NCBI GenBank assembly: GCA_032718475.1
Contig: JAUCBJ010002852.1
Span: 5,342-69,341, forward strand
Origin: Nemertoderma westbladi
Taxonomy: Eukaryota; Animalia; Xenacoelomorpha
Reading direction: 5' to 3'
Length of the DNA stretch: 64,000 nt
Made by a program: the position numbers and the translations under genes. Below, piece after piece: positions 1 to 15,000 of this stretch. Within the stretch, counting starts at the first letter, position 1. The number at the start of each line of letters is the position of its first letter. Under the pieces are notes generated by a model. It saw only the letters and a program-made list of their open reading frames with translations. It was not told where the DNA came from and searched no databases.

Positions 1-3000
1 GTGTAACTCAAGTGTCGGATGTTACAAGGAATACCGGTGAGAGTGTAACTCAAGTGTCGGATGTTACACGGAATACCAGTGAGAGTGTAACTCAAGTGTC
101 GGATGTTACACGGAATACCAGTGAGAGTGTAACTCAAGTGTCGGATGTTACACGGAATACCAGTGAGAGTGTAACTCAAGTGTCGGATGTTACAAGGAAT
201 ACCGGTGAGAGTGTAACTCACGTGTCGGATGTTACACGGAATACCAGTGAGAGTGTAACTCAAGTGTCGGATGTTACAAGGAATACCGGTGAGAGTGTAA
301 CTCACGTGTCGGATGTTACACGGAATACCAGTGAGAGTGTAACTCAAGTGTCGGATGTTACAAGGAATACCGGTGAGAGTGTAACTCAAGTGTCGGATGT
401 TACAAGGAATACCGGTGAGAGTGTAACTCAAGTGTCGGATGTTACACGGAATACCAGTGAGAGTGTAACTCAAGTGTCGGATGTTACACGGAATACCAGT
501 GAGAGTGTAACTCAAGTGTCGGATGTTACACGGAATACCAGTGAGAGTGTAACTCACGTGTCGGATGTTACACGGAATACCGGTGAGAGTGTAACTCAAC
601 TGTCGGATGTTACACGGAATACCAGTGAGAGTGTAACTCAAGTGTCGGATGTTACAAGGAATACCGGTGAGAGTGTAACTCAAGTGTCGGATGTTACACG
701 GAATACCGGTGAGAGTGTAACTCAAGTGTCGGATGTTACAAGGAATACCAGTGAGAGTGTAACTCAAGTGTCGGATGTTACAAGGAATACCGGTGAGAGT
801 GTAACTCAAGTGTCGGATGTTACAAGGAATACCAGTGAGAGTGTAACTCAAGTGTCGGATGTTACAAGGAATACCGGTGAGAGTGTAACTCAAGTGTCGG
901 ATGTTACAAGGAATACCAGTGAGAGTGTAACTCAAGTGTCGGATGTTACAAGGAATACCGGTGAGAGTGTAACTCAAGTGTCGGATGTTACAAGGAATAC
1001 CGGTGAGAGTGTAACTCAAGTATCGGATGTTACACGGAATACCGGTGAGAGTGTAACTCAAGTGTCGGATGTTACAAGGAATACCAGTGAGAGTGTAACT
1101 CAAGTGTCGGATGTTACAAGGAATACCGGTGAGAGTGTAACTCACGTGTCGGATGTTACACGGAATACCAGTGAGAGTGTAACTCAAGTGTCGGATGTTA
1201 CACGGAATACCAGTGAGAGTGTAACTCAAGTGTCGGATGTTACACGGAATACCAGTGAGAGTGTAACTCAAGTGTCGGATGTTACAAGGAATACCGGTGA
1301 GAGTGTAACTCACGTGTCGGATGTTACACGGAATACCAGTGAGAGTGTAACTCAAGTGTCGGATGTTACAAGGAATACCGGTGAGAGTGTAACTCAAGTA
1401 TCGGATGTTACACGGAATACCGGTGAGAGTGTAACTCAAGTGTCGGATGTTACAAGGAATACCGGTGAGAGTGTAACTCACGTGTCGGATGTTACACGGA
1501 ATACCAGTGAGAGTGTAACTCAAGTGTCGGATGTTACACGGAATACCGGTGAGAGTGTAACTCAAGTGTCGGATGTTACACGGAATACCAGTGAGAGTGT
1601 AACTCAAGTGTCGGATGTTACACGGAATACCAGTGAGAGTGTAACTCAAGTGTCGGATGTTACACGGAATACCAGTGAGAGTGTAACTCAAGTGTCGGAT
1701 GTTACACGGAATACCAGTGAGAGTGTAACTCAAGTGTCGGATGTTACACGGAATACCAGTGAGAGTGTAACTCAAGTGTCGGATGTTACACGGAATACCA
1801 GTGAGAGTGTAACTCAAGTGTCGGATGTTACAAGGAATACCGGTGAGAGTGTAACTCACGTGTCGGATGTTACACGGAATACCAGTGAGAGTGTAACTCA
1901 AGTGTCGGATGTTACAAGGAATACCGGTGAGAGTGTAACTCACGTGTCGGATGTTACACGGAATACCAGTGAGAGTGTAACTCAAGTGTCGGATGTTACA
2001 AGGAATACCGGTGAGAGTGTAACTCAAGTGTCGGATGTTACACGGAATACCAGTGAGAGTGTAACTCAAGTGTCGGATGTTACACGGAATACCAGTGAGA
2101 GTGTAACTCAAGTGTCGGATGTTACACGGAATACCAGTGAGAGTGTAACTCAAGTGTCGGATGTTACAAGGAATACCGGTGAGAGTGTAACTCACGTGTC
2201 GGATGTTACACGGAATACCAGTGAGAGTGTAACTCAAGTGTCGGATGTTACAAGGAATACCGGTGAGAGTGTAACTCAAGTGTCGGATGTTACACGGAAT
2301 ACCAGTGAGAGTGTAACTCAAGTGTCGGATGTTACACGGAATACCAGTGAGAGTGTAACTCAAGTGTCGGATGTTACAAGGAATACCGGTGAGAGTGTAA
2401 CTCAAGTGTCGGATGTTACAAGGAATACCGGTGAGAGTGTAACTCAAGTGTCGGATGTTACACGGAATACCAGTGAGAGTGTAACTCAAGTGTCGGATGT
2501 TACACGGAATACCAGTGAGAGTGTAACTCAAGTGTCGGATGTTACACGGAATACCAGTGAGAGTGTAACTCAAGTGTCGGATGTTACAAGGAATACCGGT
2601 GAGAGTGTAACTCACGTGTCGGATGTTACACGGAATACCAGTGAGAGTGTAACTCAAGTGTCGGATGTTACAAGGAATACCGGTGAGAGTGTAACTCAAG
2701 TGTCGGATGTTACACGGAATACCAGTGAGAGTGTAACTCAAGTGTCGGATGTTACACGGAATACCAGTGAGAGTGTAACTCAAGTGTCGGATGTTACAAG
2801 GAATACCGGTGAGAGTGTAACTCAAGTGTCGGATGTTACACGGAATACCGGTGAGAGTGTAACTCAAGTGTCGGATGTTACAAGGAATACCAGTGAGAGT
2901 GTAACTCAAGTGTCGGATGTTACAAGGAATACCGGTGAGAGTGTAACTCACGTGTCGGATGTTACACGGAATACCAGTGAGAGTGTAACTCAAGTGTCGG

Positions 3001-6000
3001 ATGTTACACGGAATACCAGTGAGAGTGTAACTCAAGTGTCGGATGTTACACGGAATACCAGTGAGAGTGTAACTCAAGTGTCGGATGTTACAAGGAATAC
3101 CGGTGAGAGTGTAACTCACGTGTCGGATGTTACACGGAATACCAGTGAGAGTGTAACTCAAGTGTCGGATGTTACAAGGAATACCGGTGAGAGTGTAACT
3201 CAAGTGTCGGATGTTACACGGAATACCGGTGAGAGTGTAACTCAAGTGTCGGATGTTACAAGGAATACCGGTGAGAGTGTAACTCACGTGTCGGATGTTA
3301 CACGGAATACCAGTGAGAGTGTAACTCAAGTGTCGGATGTTACACGGAATACCGGTGAGAGTGTAACTCAAGTGTCGGATGTTACACGGAATACCAGTGA
3401 GAGTGTAACTCAAGTGTCGGATGTTACACGGAATACCAGTGAGAGTGTAACTCAAGTGTCGGATGTTACACGGAATACCAGTGAGAGTGTAACTCAAGTG
3501 TCGGATGTTACACGGAATACCAGTGAGAGTGTAACTCAAGTGTCGGATGTTACACGGAATACCAGTGAGAGTGTAACTCAAGTGTCGGATGTTACACGGA
3601 ATACCAGTGAGAGTGTAACTCAAGTGTCGGATGTTACAAGGAATACCGGTGAGAGTGTAACTCACGTGTCGGATGTTACACGGAATACCAGTGAGAGTGT
3701 AACTCAAGTGTCGGATGTTACAAGGAATACCGGTGAGAGTGTAACTCAAGTGTCGGATGTTACACGGAATACCAGTGAGAGTGTAACTCAAGTGTCGGAT
3801 GTTACAAGGAATACCGGTGAGAGTGTAACTCAAGTGTCGGATGTTACACGGAATACCAGTGAGAGTGTAACTCAAGTGTCGGATGTTACACGGAATACCA
3901 GTGAGAGTGTAACTCAAGTGTCGGATGTTACACGGAATACCAGTGAGAGTGTAACTCAAGTGTCGGATGTTACAAGGAATACCGGTGAGAGTGTAACTCA
4001 CGTGTCGGATGTTACACGGAATACCAGTGAGAGTGTAACTCAAGTGTCGGATGTTACAAGGAATACCGGTGAGAGTGTAACTCAAGTGTCGGATGTTACA
4101 CGGAATACCAGTGAGAGTGTAACTCAAGTGTCGGATGTTACACGGAATACCAGTGAGAGTGTAACTCAAGTGTCGGATGTTACACGGAATACCGGTGAGA
4201 GTGTAACTCAAGTGTCGGATGTTACAAGGAATACCGGTGAGAGTGTAACTCAAGTGTCGGATGTTACACGGAATACCAGTGAGAGTGTAACTCAAGTGTC
4301 GGATGTTACACGGAATACCAGTGAGAGTGTAACTCAAGTGTCGGATGTTACACGGAATACCAGTGAGAGTGTAACTCAAGTGTCGGATGTTACAAGGAAT
4401 ACCGGTGAGAGTGTAACTCACGTGTCGGATGTTACACGGAATACCAGTGAGAGTGTAACTCAAGTGTCGGATGTTACAAGGAATACCGGTGAGAGTGTAA
4501 CTCAAGTGTCGGATGTTACACGGAATACCAGTGAGAGTGTAACTCAAGTGTCGGATGTTACACGGAATACCAGTGAGAGTGTAACTCAAGTGTCGGATGT
4601 TACACGGAATACCGGTGAGAGTGTAACTCAAGTGTCGGATGTTACACGGAATACCAGTGAGAGTGTAACTCAAGTGTCGGATGTTACACGGAATACCAGT
4701 GAGAGTGTAACTCAAGTGTCGGATGTTACACGGAATACCAGTGAGAGTGTAACTCAAGTGTCGGATGTTACACGGAATACCGGTGAGAGTGTAACTCACG
4801 TGTCGGATGTTACACGGAATACCAGTGAGAGTGTAACTCAAGTGTCGGATGTTACACGGAATACCGGTGAGAGTGTAACTCAAGTGTCGGATGTTACACG
4901 GAATACCAGTGAGAGTGTAACTCAAGTGTCGGATGTTACAAGGAATACCAGTGAGAGTGTAACTCAAGTGTCGGATGTTACACGGAATACCAGTGAGAGT
5001 GTAACTCAAGTGTCGGATGTTACACGGAATACCGGTGAGAGTGTAACTCAAGTGTCGGATGTTACACGGAATACCAGTGAGAGTGTAACTCAAGTGTCGG
5101 ATGTTACACGGAATACCAGTGAGAGTGTAACTCAAGTGTCGGATGTTACAAGGAATACCGGTGAGAGTGTAACTCACGTGTCGGATGTTACACGGAATAC
5201 CAGTGAGAGTGTAACTCAAGTGTCGGATGTTACACGGAATACCGGTGAGAGTGTAACTCAAGTGTCGGATGTTACACGGAATACCAGTGAGAGTGTAACT
5301 CAAGTGTCGGATGTTACACGGAATACCAGTGAGAGTGTAACTCAAGTGTCGGATGTTACACGGAATACCGGTGAGAGTGTAACTCACGTGTCGGATGTTA
5401 CACGGAATACCAGTGAGAGTGTAACTCAAGTGTCGGATGTTACACGGAATACCAGTGAGAGTGTAACTCAAGTGTCGGATGTTACACGGAATACCAGTGA
5501 GAGTGTAACTCAAGTGTCGGATGTTACACGGAATACCGGTGAGAGTGTAACTCAAGTGTCGGATGTTACACGGAATACCAGTGAGAGTGTAACTCAAGTG
5601 TCGGATGTTACACGGAATACCGGTGAGAGTGTAACTCAAGTGTCGGATGTTACACGGAATACCAGTGAGAGTGTAACTCAAGTGTCGGATGTTACACGGA
5701 ATACCAGTGAGAGTGTAACTCAAGTGTCGGATGTTACACGGAATACCAGTGAGAGTGTAACTCAAGTGTCGGATGTTACACGGAATACCGGTGAGAGTGT
5801 AACTCAAGTGTCGGATGTTACACGGAATACCAGTGAGAGTGTAACTCAAGTGTCGGATGTTACAAGGAATACCGGTGAGAGTGTAACTCAAGTGTCGGAT
5901 GTTACACGGAATACCAGTGAGAGTGTAACTCAAGTGTCGGATGTTACACGGAATACCAGTGAGAGTGTAACTCAAGTGTCGGATGTTACACGGAATACCG

Positions 6001-9000
6001 GTGAGAGTGTAACTCAAGTGTCGGATGTTACACGGAATACCAGTGAGAGTGTAACTCAAGTGTCGGATGTTACACGGAATACCAGTGAGAGTGTAACTCA
6101 AGTGTCGGATGTTACACGGAATACCGGTGAGAGTGTAACTCAAGTGTCGGATGTTACACGGAATACCAGTGAGAGTGTAACTCAAGTGTCGGATGTTACA
6201 CGGAATACCAGTGAGAGTGTAACTCAAGTGTCGGATGTTACACGGAATACCAGTGAGAGTGTAACTCAAGTGTCGGATGTTACACGGAATACCAGTGAGA
6301 GTGTAACTCAAGTGTCGGATGTTACACGGAATACCAGTGAGAGTGTAACTCAAGTGTCGGATGTTACACGGAATACCAGTGAGAGTGTAACTCAAGTGTC
6401 GGATGTTACACGGAATACCAGTGAGAGTGTAACTCAAGTGTCGGATGTTACACGGAATACCAGTGAGAGTGTAACTCAAGTGTCGGATGTTACACGGAAT
6501 ACCAGTGAGAGTGTAACTCAAGTGTCGGATGTTACACGGAATACCAGTGAGAGTGTAACTCAAGTGTCGGATGTTACACGGAATACCAGTGAGAGTGTAA
6601 CTCAAGTGTCGGATGTTACACGGAATACCAGTGAGAGTGTAACTCAAGTGTCGGATGTTACACGGAATACCGGTGAGAGTGTAACTCAAGTGTCGGATGT
6701 TACACGGAATACCAGTGAGAGTGTAACTCAAGTGTCGGATGTTACACGGAATACCAGTGAGAGTGTAACTCAAGTGTCGGATGTTACACGGAATACCAGT
6801 GAGAGTGTAACTCAAGTGTCGGATGTTACACGGAATACCGGTGAGAGTGTAACTCAAGTGTCGGATGTTACACGGAATACCAGTGAGAGTGTAACTCAAG
6901 TGTCGGATGTTACACGGAATACCGGTGAGAGTGTAACTCAAGTGTCGGATGTTACACGGAATACCGGTGAGAGTGTAACTCAAGTGTCGGATGTTACACG
7001 GAATACCAGTGAGAGTGTAACTCAAGTGTCGGATGTTACACGGAATACCGGTGAGAGTGTAACTCAAGTGTCGGATGTTACACGGAATACCAGTGAGAGT
7101 GTAACTCAAGTGTCGGATGTTACACGGAATACCAGTGAGAGTGTAACTCAAGTGTCGGATGTTACACGGAATACCAGTGAGAGTGTAACTCAAGTGTCGG
7201 ATGTTACACGGAATACCAGTGAGAGTGTAACTCAAGTGTCGGATGTTACACGGAATACCGGTGAGAGTGTAACTCACGTGTCGGATGTTACACGGAATAC
7301 CAGTGAGAGTGTAACTCAAGTGTCGGATGTTACACGGAATACCAGTGAGAGTGTAACTCAAGTGTCGGATGTTACACGGAATACCGGTGAGAGTGTAACT
7401 CAAGTGTCGGATGTTACACGGAATACCGGTGAGAGTGTAACTCAAGTGTCGGATGTTACACGGAATACCGGTGAGAGTGTAACTCAAGTGTCGGATGTTA
7501 CACGGAATACCAGTGAGAGTGTAACTCAAGTGTCGGATGTTACACGGAATACCGGTGAGAGTGTAACTCAAGTGTCGGATGTTACACGGAATACCGGTGA
7601 GAGTGTAACTCAAGTGTCGGATGTTACAAGGAATACCGGTGAGAGTGTAACTCAAGTGTCGGATGTTACACGGAATACCGGTGAGAGTGTAACTCAAGTG
7701 TCGGATGTTACACGGAATACCAGTGAGAGTGTAACTCAAGTGTCGGATGTTACACGGAATACCAGTGAGAGTGTAACTCAAGTGTCGGATGTTACACGGA
7801 ATACCAGTGAGAGTGTAACTCAAGTGTCGGATGTTACACGGAATACCAGTGAGAGTGTAACTCAAGTGTCGGATGTTACACGGAATACCAGTGAGAGTGT
7901 AACTCAAGTGTCGGATGTTACACGGAATACCGGTGAGAGTGTAACTCAAGTGTCGGATGTTACACGGAATACCGGTGAGAGTGTAACTCAAGTGTCGGAT
8001 GTTACAAGGAATACCGGTGAGAGTGTAACTCAAGTGTCGGATGTTACAAGGAATACCGGTGAGAGTGTAACTCACGTGTCGGATGTTACACGGAATACCG
8101 GTGAGAGTGTAACTCAAGTGTCGGATGTTACAAGGAATACCGGTGAGAGTGTAACTCACGTGTCGGATGTTACACGGAATACCAGTGAGAGTGTAACTCA
8201 AGTGTCGGATGTTACACGGAATACCAGTGAGAGTGTAACTCAAGTGTCGGATGTTACACGGAATACCAGTGAGAGTGTAACTCAAGTGTCGGATGTTACA
8301 CGGAATACCAGTGAGAGTGTAACTCAAGTGTCGGATGTTACACGGAATACCAGTGAGAGTGTAACTCAAGTGTCGGATGTTACACGGAATACCAGTGAGA
8401 GTGTAACTCAAGTGTCGGATGTTACACGGAATACCGGTGAGAGTGTAACTCAAGTGTCGGATGTTACAAGGAATACCGGTGAGAGTGTAACTCAAGTGTC
8501 GGATGTTACACGGAATACCGGTGAGAGTGTAACTCAAGTGTCGGATGTTACAAGGAATACCGGTGAGAGTGTAACTCACGTGTCGGATGTTACACGGAAT
8601 ACCGGTGAGAGTGTAACTCAAGTGTCGGATGTTACAAGGAATACCGGTGAGAGTGTAACTCACGTGTCGGATGTTACACGGAATACCAGTGAGAGTGTAA
8701 CTCAAGTGTCGGATGTTACACGGAATACCAGTGAGAGTGTAACTCAAGTGTCGGATGTTACACGGAATACCGGTGAGAGTGTAACTCAAGTGTCGGATGT
8801 TACAAGGAATACCGGTGAGAGTGTAACTCAAGTGTCGGATGTTACAAGGAATACCGGTGAGAGTGTAACTCAAGTGTCGGATGTTACACGGAATACCAGT
8901 GAGAGTGTAACTCAAGTGTCGGATGTTACACGGAATACCAGTGAGAGTGTAACTCAAGTGTCGGATGTTACACGGAATACCAGTGAGAGTGTAACTCAAG

Positions 9001-12000
9001 TGTCGGATGTTACACGGAATACCAGTGAGAGTGTAACTCAAGTGTCGGATGTTACACGGAATACCAGTGAGAGTGTAACTCAAGTGTCGGATGTTACACG
9101 GAATACCAGTGAGAGTGTAACTCAAGTGTCGGATGTTACACGGAATACCAGTGAGAGTGTAACTCAAGTGTCGGATGTTACACGGAATACCGGTGAGAGT
9201 GTAACTCAAGTGTCGGATGTTACAAGGAATACCGGTGAGAGTGTAACTCAAGTGTCGGATGTTACAAGGAATACCGGTGAGAGTGTAACTCAAGTGTCGG
9301 ATGTTACAAGGAATACCGGTGAGAGTGTAACTCACGTGTCGGATGTTACACGGAATACCGGTGAGAGTGTAACTCAAGTGTCGGATGTTACACGGAATAC
9401 CAGTGAGAGTGTAACTCAAGTGTCGGATGTTACACGGAATACCAGTGAGAGTGTAACTCAAGTGTCGGATGTTACAAGGAATACCGGTGAGAGTGTAACT
9501 CACGTGTCGGATGTTACACGGAATACCAGTGAGAGTGTAACTCAAGTGTCGGATGTTACACGGAATACCAGTGAGAGTGTAACTCAAGTGTCGGATGTTA
9601 CACGGAATACCGGTGAGAGTGTAACTCAAGTGTCGGATGTTACAAGGAATACCGGTGAGAGTGTAACTCAAGTGTCGGATGTTACAAGGAATACCGGTGA
9701 GAGTGTAACTCACGTGTCGGATGTTACACGGAATACCGGTGAGAGTGTAACTCACGTGTCGGATGTTACACGGAATACCAGTGAGAGTGTAACTCAAGTG
9801 TCGGATGTTACACGGAATACCGGTGAGAGTGTAACTCAAGTGTCGGATGTTACAAGGAATACCGGTGAGAGTGTAACTCAAGTGTCGGATGTTACAAGGA
9901 ATACCGGTGAGAGTGTAACTCAAGTGTCGGATGTTACAAGGAATACCGGTGAGAGTGTAACTCAAGTGTCGGATGTTACACGGAATACCAGTGAGAGTGT
10001 AACTCAAGTGTCGGATGTTACACGGAATACCAGTGAGAGTGTAACTCAAGTGTCGGATGTTACACGGAATACCAGTGAGAGTGTAACTCAAGTGTCGGAT
10101 GTTACACGGAATACCAGTGAGAGTGTAACTCAAGTGTCGGATGTTACACGGAATACCAGTGAGAGTGTAACTCACGTGTCGGATGTTACACGGAATACCA
10201 GTGAGAGTGTAACTCAAGTGTCGGATGTTACACGGAATACCAGTGAGAGTGTAACTCAAGTGTCGGATGTTACACGGAATACCGGTGAGAGTGTAACTCA
10301 AGTGTCGGATGTTACAAGGAATACCGGTGAGAGTGTAACTCACGTGTCGGATGTTACACGGAATACCGGTGAGAGTGTAACTCAAGTGTCGGATGTTACA
10401 AGGAATACCGGTGAGAGTGTAACTCACGTGTCGGATGTTACACGGAATACCAGTGAGAGTGTAACTCAAGTGTCGGATGTTACACGGAATACCAGTGAGA
10501 GTGTAACTCAAGTGTCGGATGTTACACGGAATACCGGTGAGAGTGTAACTCAAGTGTCGGATGTTACAAGGAATACCGGTGAGAGTGTAACTCAAGTGTC
10601 GGATGTTACAAGGAATACCGGTGAGAGTGTAACTCAAGTGTCGGATGTTACAAGGAATACCGGTGAGAGTGTAACTCACGTGTCGGATGTTACACGGAAT
10701 ACCAGTGAGAGTGTAACTCAAGTGTCGGATGTTACACGGAATACCAGTGAGAGTGTAACTCAAGTGTCGGATGTTACAAGGAATACCGGTGAGAGTGTAA
10801 CTCACGTGTCGGATGTTACACGGAATACCAGTGAGAGTGTAACTCAAGTGTCGGATGTTACACGGAATACCAGTGAGAGTGTAACTCAAGTGTCGGATGT
10901 TACAAGGAATACCGGTGAGAGTGTAACTCAAGTGTCGGATGTTACAAGGAATACCGGTGAGAGTGTAACTCAAGTGTCGGATGTTACAAGGAATACCGGT
11001 GAGAGTGTAACTCACGTGTCGGATGTTACACGGAATACCAGTGAGAGTGTAACTCAAGTGTCGGATGTTACACGGAATACCAGTGAGAGTGTAACTCAAG
11101 TGTCGGATGTTACAAGGAATACCGGTGAGAGTGTAACTCACGTGTCGGATGTTACACGGAATACCAGTGAGAGTGTAACTCAAGTGTCGGATGTTACACG
11201 GAATACCGGTGAGAGTGTAACTCAAGTGTCGGATGTTACAAGGAATACCGGTGAGAGTGTAACTCAAGTGTCGGATGTTACAAGGAATACCGGTGAGAGT
11301 GTAACTCAAGTGTCGGATGTTACAAGGAATACCGGTGAGAGTGTAACTCACGTGTCGGATGTTACACGGAATACCAGTGAGAGTGTAACTCAAGTGTCGG
11401 ATGTTACACGGAATACCAGTGAGAGTGTAACTCAAGTGTCGGATGTTACACGGAATACCGGTGAGAGTGTAACTCAAGTGTCGGATGTTACAAGGAATAC
11501 CGGTGAGAGTGTAACTCAAGTGTCGGATGTTACAAGGAATACCAGTGAGAGTGTAACTCACGTGTCGGATGTTACACGGAATACCAGTGAGAGTGTAACT
11601 CAAGTGTCGGATGTTACACGGAATACCAGTGAGAGTGTAACTCACGTGTCGGATGTTACACGGAATACCAGTGAGAGTGTAACTCAAGTGTCGGATGTTA
11701 CACGGAATACCAGTGAGAGTGTAACTCAAGTGTCGGATGTTACAAGGAATACCGGTGAGAGTGTAACTCACGTGTCGGATGTTACACGGAATACCAGTGA
11801 GAGTGTAACTCAAGTGTCGGATGTTACACGGAATACCGGTGAGAGTGTAACTCAAGTGTCGGATGTTACAAGGAATACCGGTGAGAGTGTAACTCAAGTG
11901 TCGGATGTTACACGGAATACCAGTGAGAGTGTAACTCAAGTGTCGGATGTTACACGGAATACCGGTGAGAGTGTAACTCAAGTGTCGGATGTTACAAGGA

Positions 12001-15000
12001 ATACCGGTGAGAGTGTAACTCAAGTGTCGGATGTTACAAGGAATACCGGTGAGAGTGTAACTCAAGTGTCGGATGTTACAAGGAATACCGGTGAGAGTGT
12101 AACTCACGTGTCGGATGTTACACGGAATACCAGTGAGAGTGTAACTCAAGTGTCGGATGTTACAAGGAATACCGGTGAGAGTGTAACTCACGTGTCGGAT
12201 GTTACACGGAATACCAGTGAGAGTGTAACTCAAGTGTCGGATGTTACACGGAATACCAGTGAGAGTGTAACTCAAGTGTCGGATGTTACACGGAATACCA
12301 GTGAGAGTGTAACTCAAGTGTCGGATGTTACACGGAATACCAGTGAGAGTGTAACTCACGTGTCGGATGTTACACGGAATACCAGTGAGAGTGTAACTCA
12401 AGTGTCGGATGTTACACGGAATACCAGTGAGAGTGTAACTCAAGTGTCGGATGTTACACGGAATACCAGTGAGAGTGTAACTCAAGTGTCGGATGTTACA
12501 AGGAATACCGGTGAGAGTGTAACTCACGTGTCGGATGTTACACGGAATACCAGTGAGAGTGTAACTCAAGTGTCGGATGTTACAAGGAATACCGGTGAGA
12601 GTGTAACTCAAGTGTCGGATGTTACACGGAATACCAGTGAGAGTGTAACTCACGTGTCGGATGTTACACGGAATACCAGTGAGAGTGTAACTCAACTGTT
12701 CGGATGTTACACGGAATACCAGTGAGAGTGTAACTCACGTGTCGGATGTTACACGGAATACCAGTGAGAGTGTAACTCAAGTGTCGGATGTTACAAGGAA
12801 TACCAGTGAGAGTGTAACTCAAGTGTCGGATGTTACACGGAATACCAGTGAGAGTGTAACTCACGTGTCGGATGTTACACGGAATACCAGTGAGAGTGTA
12901 ACTCAACTGTTGGATGTTACACGGAATACCAGTGAGAGTGTAACTCAAGTGTTGGATGTTACAAGGAATACCGGTGAGAGTGTAACTCACGTGTCGGATG
13001 TTACACGGAATACCAGTGAGAGTGTAACTCACGTGTCGGATGTTACACGGAATACCAGTGAGAGTGTAACTCACGTGTCGGATGTTACACGGAATACCAG
13101 TGAGAGTGTAACTCAACTGTTGGATGTTACACGGAATACCAGTGAGAGTGTAACTCAAGTGTCGGATGTTACAAGGAATACCGGTGAGAGTGTAACTCAA
13201 GTATCGGATGTTACACGGAATACCGGTGAGAGTGTAACTCAAGTGTCGGATGTTACAAGGAATACCGGTGAGAGTGTAACTCACGTGTCGGATGTTACAC
13301 GGAATACCAGTGAGAGTGTAACTCAAGTGTCGGATGTTACAAGGAATACCGGTGAGAGTGTAACTCACGTGTCGGATGTTACACGGAATACCAGTGAGAG
13401 TGTAACTCAAGTGTCGGATGTTACAAGGAATACCGGTGAGAGTGTAACTCAAGTGTCGGATGTTACAAGGAATACCGGTGAGAGTGTAACTCACGTGTCG
13501 GATGTTACACGGAATACCAGTGAGAGTGTAACTCAAGTGTCGGATGTTACAAGGAATACCGGTGAGAGTGTAACTCACGTGTCGGATGTTACACGGAATA
13601 CCAGTGAGAGTGTAACTCAAGTGTCGGATGTTACAAGGAATACCGGTGAGAGTGTAACTCAAGTGTCGGTTGTTACACGGAATACCAATGAGAGTGTAAC
13701 TCAAGTGTCGGATGTTACAAGGAATACCGGTGAGAGTGTAACTCACGTGTCGGATGTTACACGGAATACCAGTGGGATTGTAACTCAAGTGTCGGATGTT
13801 ACACGGAATACCAGTGAGAGTGTAACTCAAGTGTCGGATGTTACACGGAATACCAATGAGAGTGTAACTCAAGTGTCGGATGTTACACGGAATACCAATG
13901 AGAGTGTAACTCAAGTGTCGGATGTTACACGGAATACCAGTGAGAGTGTAACTCAAGTGTCGGATGTTACACGGAATACCAGTGAGAGTGTAACTCAAGT
14001 GTCGGATGTTACACGGAATACCAGTGAGAGTGTAACTCAAGTGTCGGATGTTACACGGAATACCAGTGAGAGTGTAACTCAAGTGTCGGATGTTACACGG
14101 AATACCAGTGAGAGTGTAACTCAAGTGTCGGATGTTACACGGAATACCAGTGAGAGTGTAACTCAAGTGTCGGATGTTACAAGGAATACCGGTGAGAGTG
14201 TAACTCACGTGTCGGATGTTACACGGAATACCAGTGAGAGTGTAACTCAAGTGTCGGATGTTACAAGGAATACCGGTGAGAGTGTAACTCACGTGTCGGA
14301 TGTTACACGGAATACCAGTGGGATTGTAACTCAAGTGTCGGATGTTACAAGGAATACCGGTGAGAGTGTAACTCACGTGTCGGATGTTACAAGGAATACC
14401 GGTGAGAGTGTAACTCAAGTGTCGGATGTTACAAGGAATACCGGTGAGAGTGTAACTCACGTGTCGGATGTTACACGGAATACCAGTGAGAGTGTAACTC
14501 AAGTGTCGGTTGTTACACGGAATACCAATGAGAGTGTAACTCAAGTATCGGATGTTACACGGAATACCAATGAGAGTGTAACTCAAGTGTCGGATGTTAC
14601 ACGGAATACCAGTGAGAGTGTAACTCAAGTGTCGGATGTTACACGGAATACCAGTGAGAGTGTAACTCAAGTGTCGGATGTTACACGGAATACCAGTGAG
14701 AGTGTAACTCAAGTGTCGGATGTTACACGGAATACCAGTGAGAGTGTAACTCAAGTGTCGGATGTTACAAGGAATACCGGTGAGAGTGTAACTCACGTGT
14801 CGGATGTTACAAGGAATACCGGTGAGAGTGTAACTCACGTGTCGGATGTTACACGGAATACCAGTGAGAGTGTAACTCAAGTGTCGGTTGTTACACGGAA
14901 TACCAATGAGAGTGTAACTCAAGTATCGGATGTTACACGGAATACCAGTGAGAGTGTAACTCAAGTGTCGGATGTTACACGGAATACCAGTGAGAGTGTA